Assembly (NCBI RefSeq): GCF_009914755.1
Contig: NC_060940.1
Length of the DNA: 64,000 nucleotides
From: the human T2T-CHM13v2.0 reference genome, Homo sapiens
Strand: one strand, 5' to 3'
In this document: piece after piece, positions 29,601-44,649 of the stretch
Layout of the letters: every line of letters begins with the position of its first letter
Position numbering within the stretch: the stretch's first letter is position 1
Notes under the pieces: model-generated
The model's input: only the letters and a program-made list of their open reading frames with translations
Told to the model about the DNA's origin: nothing
Database searches by the model: none
Program-made: the position numbers and the translations under genes

Positions 29601-31501
29601 TCTGGATCTTTCAGGTCCTGAATTTAAATCATTTGCAGCTGTCTACCATGTGATCTCAGGCTCCCATTTATGGAACTGGAAAGATGAAATGAGATAACCT
29701 ATGAAAGGCCCAGTCCCAGGCCGTCAGTAAGCACTTCCCGATGACCAGTGGTAAGTCTCACGGACCTACCCTTGAAAGCACCTTAAGTCTGTCTCCCTAT
29801 AACAGAGCAATGAAGAACACGGGATCTCTTGGCTCAAAGCCCTGCTCATCCACTTATTAGCTGCATAATATTGGGAAAAGTTGCTGAATTATCCTAGGTC
29901 TTGATTTGCATATTTTATAAATGGATAATTATAGCTTCTACCTCATTGAGACTGTCCTGAAGATTGACTGAGATAATTCATGGGACATGCTGAACGCAGT
30001 GTGTGCATACAGTAAATGCTCAGTCCACATCAGCTATTATAACAATGCTTCCACCCTCGTGCTGGCTTCATCCTCTCTACCAGTGAGGTGACTGCCAGAG
30101 GGTACTCACAGGAGTACTCTCCCTGTGAATTTCCCTGTTTAAACTTTCTGTCTCTTTCTATCAGTTCCTTTCAATGTGGTCCAGAAATCATTTAATAAAG
30201 CATGCTTCAAATCCTGTAAAATTTCCTTGGGACCTAGGGAATAAAGTCCAAAGCTCTAAATTTGGTATTGAAAGTATCCCATAAAGGGTTTCAGAATGAT
30301 GTCTCACTATCACCCTCTGCTTATAAACTCTGCTCGGGCAAAGCAAACCTGTGCATTCACATCCAGGTGTGCTTGTCTCCATGATTCCTTCTCCAGAATG
30401 CTGAGAAGTGATGGTTAGAAAGTGCCATGCCAAGTGATTTGTGGAGGAAGATTTGAGGGCCAGGCCATTTTCGAGCTGGAAAGGACCCAAAAGGCCACTT
30501 TACAGATGAGGAAACTGAGGTTAATTGGCTTTCTCAAGGCCACACAGCTATTTATCAGCAATGCCAGCATTGCAAGGGCTGATCTGCCTAGAGGAAGGGA
30601 ATCACAGGGCAGCCTATTAGGGAAAATTTGTCAGCAATTGACCACAAACTTGCTGACAGGTGATCTTTCCCCAATCACAAGAAATGAGACAGAAGTTAGG
30701 CACCCAATAAGAAAAGGACACTAGGCACGTCTCTCTGTAAGTGAAAACTGTTGCTTTTCTGGCTTGCGATACAGGGCACAGGAGGAGTGGGGGTGATAGA
30801 GAGGGGGCAGCTACAACGATGCCTCAGGATCTGATCCGTTCCTCACTTCAAAGATGTGACTTCTCAGGCTGCGTTAGTCTCCTGATTAATGCTCCCAAAT
30901 GCACTGCTGAGACTTGCTGAAGTTGAAGATTCCCTGCAATGATTGCAGCAGGAATGGTGATGAATAAAACACAAGAATCACCAATGCATTAGTTGGAAGG
31001 CAAGCGTCCCCAGCTCTAACTACTAAATTGCAATTTTTACTCTAAGATAATAATACTGATAGTGACACTCCATTTATAAAGTGCTTTGTAAGCTCCCCCA
31101 AATAATAACAAAAATGAAAATTGTATCTTATACTATATAGCAGTGTCTATGAAGAAGAAGGTGGAGTGAAGTTGTTCAAGATAGATCTCCCTTTACTACT
31201 GGAATATTTTGGCAAAGTATTGAGATTTAGAATTGTTTGCATAAATGAAGCACTTCACCCTGATTTTCAATTTGGCTTTGGATTTAAATGTAGTTTTGCT
31301 GCTGCTATCAAATCAATATTTAAAAAAAAAAACTTTTAAACATGTGGCTTTAATGAGTAGACAATTGAAAGTTGATTACTAGTGATATTTTACTAAGCTG
31401 CCTATATAGCCTCACCTATGTTTGGTTAGTCCTCTTTGGGTAGTGATCTGGATTTGCGTTCATAGTGACCAGGCAGGGATTACCACATAGAAATTGAAAT
31501 G

Positions 31502-31792
31502 AGCTGGGCACAGTGGCTCACACCTATAATCCCAGCACTTTGGGAGGCTGAGGCAGACGGAGCACTTGAGGTCAAGAGTTCGAGACCAGCCTGGCCAACA
31601 TGGTAAAACCCTGCCTCTACTAAAAATACAAAAATTAGCTGGGTGTGGTGGTGCATGCCTGTAGACCCAGCTACTTGGGAGGTTGAGGCAAGAGAATCGC
31701 TTGAACGTGGGAGGCAGAGGTTGTAGTGAGCTGAGACAGCGCCACTCTACTCCAGCCTGGGTGATAGAGTGAGACTCTGTTTCGAAAAAAAA
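31502..31792 (+). mobile_element. AluS (Sx/Sz-like)
   Basis: Full-length; TSD agaaattgaaatga. Confidence 0.93.
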
Positions 31793-32437
31793 AGAAATTG
31801 AAATGAATGGCTCCAAGAGTTCTGTTCAGTTCAGTGATAACTGGGTTAAATTTGGGCAAGGAGCTGTCTCAGCTACAAAATCAAAGCCCTTATGAGGTTG
31901 TACTCTCTGACCCATTAGACAGGCTACCATGTCTCAGATGCTCTGAGACCTTGGGCTTCCCCTGCAGACTTCACTCCCTGAAAGAGTAAAGCAAATTCCT
32001 TTCAAAGGTGTATCAGAAAAGTTGTTGTGGGATGGTATGAGACTAACTCCAGAGAAAGTTTTTAACTGTGTGTCCTTGCTGCCCAAACTCACCCAACTGT
32101 ATGCACTGACAACTTCCACTGTTTACCCAATAATTGGGCCAACACAGAGGCTATACAGTTAAGAAGGTGTGCAGACTGTCCCCTCCAGAAGCTAAGATGC
32201 GACTTGAGGCCACTTGTCCATTTTATGGGGTGGTCCCCTTTCATGCACCCATCAATGCCGAGAGTTCCTATGTATTCCAGCTTTTGAGATTTTTGCATTG
32301 GCTCCTTGGCTAGAGTCCATAGAAAACTTTCCCACAGAACTGGATGTGTCCCTTACAAGAGACCATTTTCCATCCACATGCCAAGCTATTATGCTGCCTG
32401 CCATAGCTGCCCTTGGAAATGCCACCTCATCCACTGA

Positions 32438-32807
<370 letters not shown>

Positions 32808-33260
32808 TATTCAATGTTTACTAAAACCTCCTTCTGCTCCAACCTTACACCCTATCTGACTCTCAACATTCTATATGGCCTTTGAGAAGAACTCAAAAGC
32901 CAGATATCTCATTCAATAATGCAGCAGATATTGTTCCTCATAACAGTCCCACAAGGATATGTAGGGAAATGAAAACTTTTGGGTTTCTTAGTTGAAAGCA
33001 ACAGAAATAGACTCTGGGCAGCACAGTCTTTGCAGGAAAACTGGAGAAAGAGGCTCAGAAAAACCCCAGATACCTAGGAAGGCTGGGCAGTTAGAAGCCC
33101 AGGCCAGACTCTGCCATACAACGAGAAGAGTGAAGGCACCACGGTTGTCCCCGCTGGACATGGGTGGCTATGGGTTATTTTACCACCTCTGTGGCCCCTG
33201 GAAATCAGATGCTGTACAGCCACTGCTACAGTGACCAGAATGAGTTATCCATGGCCAATG

Positions 33261-33261
<1 letters not shown>

Positions 33262-33310
<49 letters not shown>
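33262..33310. repeat. (TG)~24 microsatellite
   Basis: Read directly from the sequence. Confidence 0.95.
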
Positions 33311-33314
<4 letters not shown>

Positions 33315-34307
33315 TACTGAATCCAAATTTAAAACACAGGGGATTTGGTGCTGAGTTGGCATTCTAGCTTCCAGGAAAGTTAGGGAATCAACTCTCTGGC
33401 CCTTTAAGCCCCTGGAGTAGAAGGAACTCTCTTCCTCCTATAAAGGTGCTTATTGGGGTTATTTCCTAAACATAGGAAGGTGGTTCTGAGGCCACGCAGC
33501 CAAACAATTGAACAAGCAAACAAAATGCCAAGCATGAGCTAAATGGAATGAGTAACACATGGAATGTTGTCTTCCATGGTTTTGAATCACTTAAATAGAA
33601 GTGTGTATATATATCATATGGTTTAACAAGACTCTGTCCCTGCTCACATCAGGGTATTTTCATTGCCATTGCTTTGTTCTGTTTTTATAAGGCAAGGTTG
33701 GAACTGAGGAAACCAACCCATAGCATGAGACTAGGAGGGATGACAGATATGCTGAATAACAGACTCAAGATTTAAATTTTAAAATATTTCAGTAGACTGG
33801 ATCAATTGACCAAACTCAGCAATATGAAAAGTAACAGCAACAAGAATAACAGCAACTCCATGCCATGAGCTGTTTTAAACAATTTTATAGATTAATATCA
33901 TTTAATATCAGAGCTACTCTAGAAGGCAGATACTGACATTAACCCCAGTGCGATGGGGAAATTGAGAAGCAGATAAAGAGACTTGCACAGCTGGTTAGTG
34001 ACATGGTCACGCCTGGAAGCAGGGAAGCCTGACTCCAGAGCCTGTGCTAACACCACTGAAGGTGACTTATCATTTCTTATGTGCACAGGGACAGGTGGGG
34101 AAATGCGGCTTAACGGCAGCACATAAGGAAAAAGAAATAAACAAATAAACTGTGGAGCGTAAGTCCTCTGGGTGATGTGGCTGGCAATAAAAGCTAATGT
34201 AATGTAGCCTCAGGCTGCAATAAAAGAAGTGTGTAGAAGGGAGTTCATAATCTAGAGTCTAGCTGCCTAGATTTCTGGCTTCAGTCCTTTCCTCTGAGGA
34301 AAGCTAG

Positions 34308-34308
<1 letters not shown>

Positions 34309-34348
<40 letters not shown>
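34309..34348. repeat. (CA)n microsatellite
   Basis: Read directly from the sequence. Confidence 0.95.
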
Positions 34349-34350
<2 letters not shown>

Positions 34351-34424
34351 TGGGGAGTTCAATCTGGAGATTTTAAGAATGGGGAGAGGGCATCCTGGAA
34401 GACAACTTAAAAATGAATAATTGC

Positions 34425-34748
<324 letters not shown>

Positions 34749-35640
34749 TTACATCTATCCTGCATAGCATCATAGGCTATATCAAAGAACATAACCTTTG
34801 GGGAGATAGTTTGGCTCAACTAAAGGAAGCATTTCCAACAGTGAAGGTTCCCAATGTCTCAATGGTTTGCATAAGTAGGTAATGAGTTACATATCACTAG
34901 CAATGCTACAACCACCACCAGGACATGGTAGCAATGATTCAAGGACCTGATGGCAGAGTTTGTTGGTCTAGGTGGCCTCTGTAGTCTCTCCCTATCATGT
35001 AGGAGTAGAATTCTGTTATTTCTTTCCCAAACCACCATTGATCACTAAACTGGATGTGACTTGTCCTTCCTATGGCCCAATTTAATGCTTCCTTTGGGGC
35101 CCTTACAGTATGAAGCCTTGAGTTTTAATCAACAGACCTAGTATTCTCTGTGCTGTTAATATTGTCAGCTCTCTGAAGGGAAGCCCTCGTGATTTGACCA
35201 CTTCTGTTTGCCCAACCCAGGACCTTGCATTAATGACAAAGAAATGGGTTTGAAATGAATTTCAAATCAAACCCTGCCAAAGTGTCCTCTATAGGCTTGG
35301 CAGTGGCAAGGTAAGGACATCATTCTTACTCTGTTCTTTACAGAACCTTGGAATGGAGTTAGTAATAGGAGGTGACTATAAAGTAGGACAGAGCTTAAGG
35401 CCAGGGCCAAGTGTTGCATTTTGCAAAGTATTATCAAACAGCGTATGAAATGACACTGGACTGATCACGAACTTCCAAATAAGAGATTCATTTAAAGCCT
35501 TATGTTTAGGGCTCACAACTTAACTGCCCAAGGATATCAGAGGGCGCAGCTTTACATAAACAAATGAACTAATGATACGTTTACAAAGAAATCAGACCAC
35601 AGGTACAACTATTAAAATAATCAATTAAAAAATGACTTTT

Positions 35641-35946
<306 letters not shown>

Positions 35947-38427
35947 TTATAGATAGTGAAAAGAGATTGGGTTAAGAGCCTCAAGAGCACAGTTCTGTTC
36001 CATTAAACCCTAAATTACCGTGGGATCTTGGGCAAGTCCTGGTTCCTCTCTGGGTTCCTGAACCCTCATCTCTAAATGAAGGTTGACTGGAATAGCTAAT
36101 GATTCAGTTAATGACTGCATACATCTGATTCCTGAGAATTCTACTTGGTAAAATGGAGTCCTCAGCCCTCCTTAGAGAAAGTAGTGGTTCGAAGTGGTTA
36201 GACTGTCTGCAATAGGGAACATGATTTAAGATGCCACGTGGTAAAGCGGGCAGTGACAACATGGAGTGGAAGCAGATGGGAGTGATGAGGATGGTGAGAG
36301 GTCTGGAAACTGTATCTCATCAGATTAGCTGACACTGTGAATGGTGGGAGCAGCCTGATATGGTGACTAAGCTTCAGCATCTGATGCTTGGGTTACAATC
36401 CCAGCTTTATCAATTACCAGCTGTGGAACACTAGAATGCGTGATTTCCACCGCACCCCTCTGCCCACCCCCCATAAGATGCTGGCGACAATCTTAAGTAG
36501 CTCATGAGGGCATTGTGAGTAAATCTCATATTATACAGAATGTTCTTAGTACAGTGTGTGAAACTAACAAAGTGTTCAATAAATGCAAGGTTTTAACTAT
36601 TATCAAATACCAGGTTCCAAACAATTGCAGAGCCTTCAAGAAAAGGAAAAAGTGAAGGGGGGTCAAAACGTAACTACTGGGAGAAAGTTACCATAAAGGT
36701 TATTTCAGCTCCTTCTTCATTAAAATGGAGTGCTTTTAATGACTAGAGTTAATGAATCACCTGTTCACCTCCTGGGTTTCCTGAGAGGTAGTTAGCAGGC
36801 TGTCATCAGGACATTTAAGAAGCTGTAGGATTATTGGGAAAACAAAAAACCTACTGATAAGGGAGTTGGATCAGAGGATCTCAGAAGCTCCCATTACAAG
36901 TAAAATTTGAGATTTTGTAGGAGCTGAGGATTGAGCAGTCACACCAGCTCTTCTGTGTCCTTCTCCAGAGAGTGAAGGAGGCCCAGGCTTGAGACACGCA
37001 CCAAAAACAGTGGAAAACTGAGGATTTAGAGTCAGAGCAGGTTTGGGAAGCCAGCTTTCCTTCTCCCCAGACTCATGAGCTTAGATAAGTGTCTTAAATT
37101 CCCTCTGAGAGTCATTTTCCTATTTGTAAATAGAGATGAAAGTACCTTCCTCTCGGGGGGTTGTACAGACTAGATGAGGTACCGAGTAGAGCGTCCGGCA
37201 CACAGTAGGATCTCAAAAAGTTGTCTCTCTCTCCTTCCTTTTCCCCGGCAAACACAGACAGATATTCCCTTTCATTGCAAGGTGCAGGCAGGAGGGAACG
37301 CCAGCCTGGAGCAAGAACAGATGACACCGGCGAGCCGCAGATGGGAAACTGCAGGACAACCTGGAAGGTCCAGGAGCCTTGGAAAGCCCAGCCTGGCTGT
37401 GATTTTGGGTGAGAAACAGTTGGAAACCATTCAGGGCTTAAGAGAGGGTGAGGACTCCGTTATTTTTAGCATGATGCCAAATCACTGTGCTTTTGCCTGG
37501 GCCTGCAAAAGACAGAAACCCACAAGGCAGGTCCAGGACTTTTTCAGCCACAGTCTATTTATGAGTTAAAACTGTCACTGCTCAAACCCCTTACAATCCC
37601 AAACTACATTTACCTGAAAAACAAACAGGAACAGTCTTGAAATGGAGACGATTTATCAAGAGACTAATTATCTTTTGAGCTAGTCTGGAATAGTAATGAG
37701 CCCCTTTTAAACGAAAGCAAACCTGTGATGAATATCTCAATATGGCATGCTTAGCAAACTTTCCCAGTAAGGTATTACTGCAGGGTAACTTACCACAGCA
37801 ACCCATACGCAGAACGAACAGAGGGAAAAAATGCAAAGGTAGGAAGGAGGCAGGCAGTGTTCAAAAGCAGTAATTATCTCTCAAATCTCAAATCCCAACT
37901 GCCTCTTGAATATTTTAAGTGGAAGAGGGATGGATCACTTAAATTTACGAAATCATTCAAAAAAGGCAGGCACTAATAAACAATTCATTGCTAATTGGGA
38001 GAGGCCTCAATCTAAAACAAATGTTCAATGCAAGATTTCTGGCCTTATAATGGATAAGAAAGAACTGCTACCTGTTCTCATTAGTCCATAAAACTGAATC
38101 CCAAGTCTATTTCAGACAGGGCAAGCAACCCCAGCACACACTGAAGGCTCATCGTGAGCTAGGCCTTGCACTAAATTCTCATTTTATCTTTACAAGAATC
38201 CTAGGATATAGATATTATTATTAGGTCTATCATTACCAAGAAGACACCTGAGTCTTGGGGAGCTTATATAGCTTATTCTTGGTCACATACTTTGTAAGTA
38301 ATGGAGGCAAAACTCCTCACTCACAAAATATAAGGCTACACCAAAAAAAAAAAAAACAAAAAAACAAAACCTCAGTAATCAAAATAAGTAATACTTTAAT
38401 GCATTATTTTAAAAATCAAGATTAGTT

Positions 38428-38583
38428 GGCCAGGTACAGTGGCTCACATCTGTAATCCCAGCACTTTGGGAGGCCAAGGCAGGAAGATTGCTTGAGGCCA
38501 GGAGTTTGAGACCAGCCATGAGCTGCGATCACAACACTGCACTCCAGAGTGAGACTCTGTCTCTAAAAAAGTAAATAAATAAT
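38428..38583 (+). mobile_element. Short internally deleted AluJ-type element
   Basis: Left-arm 5' part fused to right-arm 3' part; TSD aagattagt. Confidence 0.85.
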
Positions 38584-40793
38584 GAAGATTAGTGGGGAAA
38601 AAATCTATGATGAGCAAAAGACAAAATTTTCAATCAAGACAGAATCCAGCCGTGCACTTACAGGCCTTGGACTTACTCTCTTCACCCTCATCCTGGCCCC
38701 GCTGCTGGGCACTATTGCTTCCAAGAATGAATAACTGGTCCAAGCCTCTAGCATGATGAAAACTGAACTTTCCAGAATGAGTTTATGGGTAAAACATTGC
38801 CAGCAATCCGAGGCAGGGTAGGTGTGAAGCAATTTGAGCTGCTATGCCTATCCTTGCTTCCTCCACCCTTGCTCTTATTGAGAAGAATAAAGATGCATCG
38901 ATAGCAGGGACTCTACCCTAAATTCTCACTGTTTGCTCTCACTGATGGAGCCTAATGGAGGCTGAAATGAGATCTCTACGTGTCTTAAACTAAGACCAGG
39001 GAGGAGCCTCCCCTACCACACTGGTTGCCATGCGAGGTGATCATCATAGTAAGGACAAAGCCGGGCTCCAGGCCATTTTCTTCAAGAGAGCTGAATGTGG
39101 AGAGCTAACTTTAATTTGTGAAAATCATTCCAGTGCAGAGGACCATGTCAGGAGGATTTCTGGCAAATAAGGGGTGTGGAGTTTAGGAAGTGAAAGCTTT
39201 TTTTCACCTGCAGCAACCAGGAAATTTTGAGAATAAACCCCTGCTCATTCACAAATATTGTTTGAGGGACACTTGGTGCCAGAAAACACAGAATAAGACC
39301 TTGGCTACTGTCTACTGCAGTCTTTAAAGCTGTTTAAAGCTGTTTATATCAACTTCCTAGATTCAGCTCTTCAATTGGCTTAATAAGGATAGAGAGAGAG
39401 AGAGAGAGGTACGAAGATCAGAAATTGGCCTCCATAAGAAATAGCATCATTAGTCTCTCTCATACTTTTGAGTTTCTTCCTCCTTTCCCTCTCTTCTCTC
39501 TCACATTCCTCTCACTTAATATCCCGATGTACCAGATTTTCTGATTGAGCAGAAACCTCGACCATACAGACTGTGAGAGAAATGCTTTGTCTCAATAAGA
39601 ATCCCTGAACTCTGCAACCGTCTCATGACTAATTAAACCAAATAACAATGAAATTTTGCCTCCAGTTCAAACAATGTGCATTATTCACAAGAGCTTAGAA
39701 TTTAAAATTGCCCCTTTTAAAGTTAAATAAACTGTCCAATGGTAAGTGAACGTCAGTTTACAAAACACTTTGTCTTACTTTCCACTGAGTTACTTAATAC
39801 TCCCTCCCATAATCCATTTGCATTGATTCCTTCTTCATCAACTGTCTACGCATTCCAACACAGCTCAGAGCTGCAAAGAACTTCATTGCTGAATCACCAG
39901 GGAGGCAACTGTACTCACTTAAGACAAAAAACACAAATAAGTAGCCACTTAAAACAGTACTTATTTCTTTAATGGAGTTTTCCTCTTAATTATAATATAG
40001 CATTAGTTTCTTTTTGCATTCTCCTCCTGAACTTTCATGACACTATCAAACAGGAGCAAATATAAATTTGTGTAGCCTGGAATATGCAATTTAATCATAA
40101 GCCATAATTTCCATATCGCTGAGAAGAAAAAAAATCAAATGATTATACTCCAGTGCACGAGGAACAATCTTGAATTAAATTTTACTCTCTGCTAAAGTTA
40201 GGTTTTTCACAACAATATCAAGAATGGTTTAAAAGAAACAGTAAAACATTTACTGCTATATTAAAATTCCATGCCCCAAAGTGTTTACCGAAGATCAAAC
40301 TGCTATTCCTTTTTGCAAATTAGAAGTGTCTTGCAGACATCTTCAAAACCTCATGAAAGAACGGGCAATGGTGTCACGGTAGTCTCACTGATATTTTTCT
40401 TCTTTATCCATTCCCTTCCACTTGGAGTCAGAAATGATGCTCTTTTTGCCAGAAAAAAATCCAGAAAATCCTCCCAGATCACTGTCTCAGTGAGAGCTGA
40501 CCTTGTTTATCCTGCAGCCCAGCCCCCACCCCGGCTGCTGCTCAATGTCAAGTTACAGGATTTCCCAACTTTCTAGTAAACTCCAAGGTGGGAAGAAGAT
40601 GCTGAAGGTAACAGGATCCACCCACTAGAGAGATGCTAATCCTGACCAACTGCTCGAGCAGTAGCTTGAACCACAGCTAGATTGAATTCGGTCTCTCCTG
40701 AGAGGGCCAGACAAGGCTTGTAAGTAACAAAACCGCTTTTCATGATGCCCTCAAAAGCAGATGGGCTCCATGCAGACAGTTGGAGAAGGGTGC

Positions 40794-40822
40794 CATTGCC
40801 CTCTAGTGGCCAGAAGTGCAAT
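40794..40822 (-). promoter_or_regulatory. CTCF binding site with upstream (ZF9-11) motif
   Basis: Minus strand TTGCACTTCTGGCCACTAGAGGGCAATG: core CCACTAGAGGGC plus TGCAC 6 nt upstream. Confidence 0.7.
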
Positions 40823-43800
40823 CTTCCGCGAAGGAGTCCATTTCCAGAGTTGTACAAGGCTCTCAATGTCAGGGTAAAATTATAGCAGAAAGATGTCTAA
40901 TTATGCTCCTCGAGTGTTTTCTTTAGTCCTTCCTGCTCATAGGGGAGGCTGCGGATGGCTATCACAGGAATCCTGATGGAACAGCTCATTTTTAACTCCT
41001 ACCAGTGCACCAGGATGTGTCCAATTTTCTCCAACTTTATTTTTCTTTTTCTTTAGCAGACCTGTTGATGTTTTTCCCCCTAATCAATTAAATCACAAAT
41101 TTATATAGACCAACTACTTTTATATATTTCAGAGGCAATAACTTTAAATTAAAAAGGCTGAAAACTCACAATTCTTGGTAAGTGCAGAATAGGGATTCTT
41201 GACAAATTAGGTAACTTTTTATGAAACAGCAGCCAATTCCATAAGGGAGAAAATCATCCCAAACACATTTCAATCCCTTAAATCATTGGCTAGTGAATTT
41301 ATACAGTGCTCAAATTTTCTAGGAAAAAAAAACTTGAAAGTTCATAGTCATTCTTCAAATTTGACAATTCAAGAAAAAAAGTTTGATACCTACTTTCAAA
41401 CTCTATATATTCCACTGTTTTATTATTATTGAATGAGTAAGTATGCCTGTCATCAAAGTGAAAACATCAATATTGAAAGTAAATTCCAATGAAATTGTTA
41501 TGTTTCTCCAACATCTACCTACATACATGTATTGAGAATGAAGGAAGACTAAAATCAGATTTGAAGATCTTGTTTAGATGGTTCTGAAAACAGATTTGAA
41601 TATAAGAGATCAAAGTTTACCAACTTCATAAGTTACCACTTCATAAGTCACAGGCATTCACAGGCAAGGTTCCAGGACATGCTATGCTCCTGGGAGCGCA
41701 GTACTGGCATTGTAAATCAGACCACGAGGTCAATGTCATGGCGTTTCCCATATGAGGGTCCCCAAACCAGAATCTTTACAAAGCAGCCATGTAATTCTAT
41801 TCAAAGGAGAAGAAAAACCATGAATTATGAAGACAAGTGCATTAAAAGAGCATGAAATTGATCCGTATTCCCCCAAATCATGGCGTGGCTCTCCAAGTCT
41901 GTCCCCTGCCCCCTCCTCCCACAAATAAACAATCAAACATGCACATCCACAGCCACCACTCTACAGAGGGAACATGAGTTCTAAGACATAAAAAAAATTG
42001 CGCCATAACTATTTTTTTTAAATTTTCAAATTAACAAAAGATTGCATCTTAATTGAAAATAGAATTTAGGTTTCTAGTAATTTTACTGTCTGGTGTTCTG
42101 ATAAGAATGCTGAACGTAATGAAAGTTCTGAAGTGCTATCAAGATGGTCCACTGCTTCAGTTAGAACTATTTTAAAAGCTTATTTTCCTAGGCAGCAATA
42201 AGCAGCCATTTGAATAAATCTACATGTCTGGGGCTCGCCAGATTATCCAGTCTCAATCCTTCCAAGGCCTGCCTTCATTCCCCCTTTCCCAGGGGTGAGG
42301 AGGGTGGTTTATTCTTTCAAACAATGTCATAAAATGCCCAGTTTATGCAGACTCTGAAGTAACAACTAAAATGATAGTAATAATTTTTATTAATAATAGT
42401 GCATGCCTGCAAGACATTTTAATGTCTTAATTTACAATGTTTCAAAAGTAAGATGTAAAGATAATCCTTACTCAAGCAAAGTTTCCTGGCCTTTCAGATG
42501 CCTTTCCCTGGTCTCTACTGAAAAGCACTCACATTCCTTTTGTACTAGGCTGGATTTCAGTTTTTCACAGAGGTTCGAATTCCAGAGCCCACTGGCCAAC
42601 TCTAAAACTTGGAATCAGAGATTACATTTAAGGAACTTCAGTAGCTGGAGCCTCAGAGTGCTTCTCGTATTGGCCACAACTCTGTCCCTTTGTTTTGTAA
42701 CTTTTTTTCCTTTGTCCTATTGGAAGAAGACCAGGCTCCCTGCAGCTAGGGTTGGGCAGTTAATATTTCTGTTCTGGTGTCTGCACCTACGTATTTGTAG
42801 GAAAAACAATTCCAGGATTAACGAAAAGAAGGTCAGTCCCTTCTCTTCTCTGCCAACATATTAGGCTCTAGCGCTCAGAGCCCAGCCTGGCAAATGTGCT
42901 CATGCGATGCTACAGGATCCTCGCTCCTGAGAACACATCTGCATCCCCATCCCCAGGAAATCCAGACACCCCGCAAAACCATCGACGTCTGCTGCAAGCC
43001 CAAGTGATGAGGAAATTGATCCGTCCTCTAGCCAGATTAATTATGGTAGCCTCCCTGTGATTAAAACGAAAACTTACTGCCTCATATTAAACCGATAGCC
43101 ATGATTAGAAGAAGAAAATAAGAAAAGATTTCAGAGCGATCGTAGCACGATTTCTTTAGGGGGAGACGAAGGGGGAAGACTTTAGTGAAATCTATACCCT
43201 CATACAGCCGGGTTTCAAGAACAACCCCCCACTCCCATCCCTTAGGGATAACCCGTCGTCAGGCAGGGATGGTATTAAATAATTAAAAGATGCGATTTCT
43301 TAATAGCAGTGTGATGGCCCATGAAATTCCTACTGCATTATCAGCAAAAGCAACAGGGCTTCTTCTAGCACCTAGAAAACCTTTCACCCGGGAGAGGCAG
43401 GCGCGGCGAGCCCCGGGCGAAAGCAGGGCCTCGGCAAAAAAACGGACAAGGAAGCCGGACCCGCAAGCCTCCCCCGACCCCACTTTCTCTGGGGACTCCG
43501 CTTCACAGCGTGAGGCGGGCCCTCCTACAGTTCCTCTGGGTTGGGGAGGGGGGAGAAGGGAGCTCTCCTCGCCGTCCTCCCCATCTGGCCAGCTTCTCAG
43601 TGCTTCCCACCTCCCGGCTCGCGTTCCGGGGCAGAGCGCAGGGAGGGAGGCCGTGCGTGCCGGGAGCTAGAGAGGCTTGGCGCGCTCCGAGAAGCGGCGC
43701 AGGTTTCGGGAAGGTGTGGTTCTCAAAGTTAACGTTGACCCTGGCAGCTTTCGCCAATCCCAAGCCAGAGGCGAGCCCGAGTCTGGGCCGCTCATGGACC

Positions 43801-44514
43801 TACTCCTGCGCTGGTGGGAGCTTACAAACGGGCGCCAGAGCTCCCGCAGAGACTCGGGCTGGAGGGCTGTAGCGCACCGCAGCCTGCTGCCCCAGAACCA
43901 CAGTCGGCGGCCCCAAACCCACGCTATTAAAGTGCGGGCAATCTCCTTCCGGAGCTGGGGTCTTTCCGTTTTCCCGGGCTTACCCGGCAGTCTCGACTGC
44001 AGGGACTAAGCCCCGGGGAGCTTTCGGCAGGGATCCGGGAGGATGGAGTAAGAACCCCGCAGAGCGCGGTCATGTCGCCGCTTTGGGGAAGCGGCGCAGG
44101 GCTGGCGGGCACCGCGCCGTGGGCGACTTTCCCCAGAGATATGACCGGGGACAGTCGGCGTGTCCGGAGGTCTGCTCTGCAGTCTCTTGCCCCAGCCAGG
44201 TACAAACCCCCTCTGCTGTGGCCTCGGCGCAGACCCCACAGGAGGCCGGAGCCAGGGAGAGTCGTGGAGCGCACATCTGAAGCCTCCGTCCCCTGCTTTG
44301 CCCGCGCCCACAGCTGGCTCCCTTCTCCCTTTCTGATTTTTAAACAAATCTCTCCCTCCCTTTTGCTTTGCGTTAGTGAAGCCTTCTCGACTCAGATACC
44401 ACCGTCCCCCTCACCACCCCGCCCCGCCAAGACATTCTCTTCCTGAGAAAATCCTGCCCCCCATTCCAAGAAGCCCCAACCAGGCGAGAGGAAGGGACTG
44501 GCGGCGCACCTCAC

Positions 44515-44610
44515 CTGGGGCCCTTGAGGGTGGACGCAACCTCCGAGCCGCCAGTCCCTGGCGCAGGGCAAGCGCTGCGGTGTCAGTCCCGGCCCCAGTC
44601 CCGGTCCCAT
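44515..44610 (-). other. uORF2 (MGPGLGPGLTPQRLPCARDWRLGGCVHPQGPQ...), open across the exon-1 donor in phase 0
   Basis: ATG immediately follows the uORF1 stop (TGAATGG). 96 nt = 32 codons to the splice donor. Confidence 0.5.
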
Positions 44611-44649
44611 TCACAAGTCAGCGGCGGCTGCGAGCGGCCCCCGCGGCAT
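44611..44649 (-). other. uORF1 in exon 1 (MPRGPLAAAADL*)
   Basis: ATG at 44649, TGA at 44613-44611. Weak Kozak context and very close to the presumed cap. Translation is not shown. Confidence 0.4.

Noticed and set aside
40500-40612. Plus-strand acceptor/donor pair suggesting an antisense exon
   Set aside because: The donor is mediocre (GTAACA), and there is no linked promoter or further exon.
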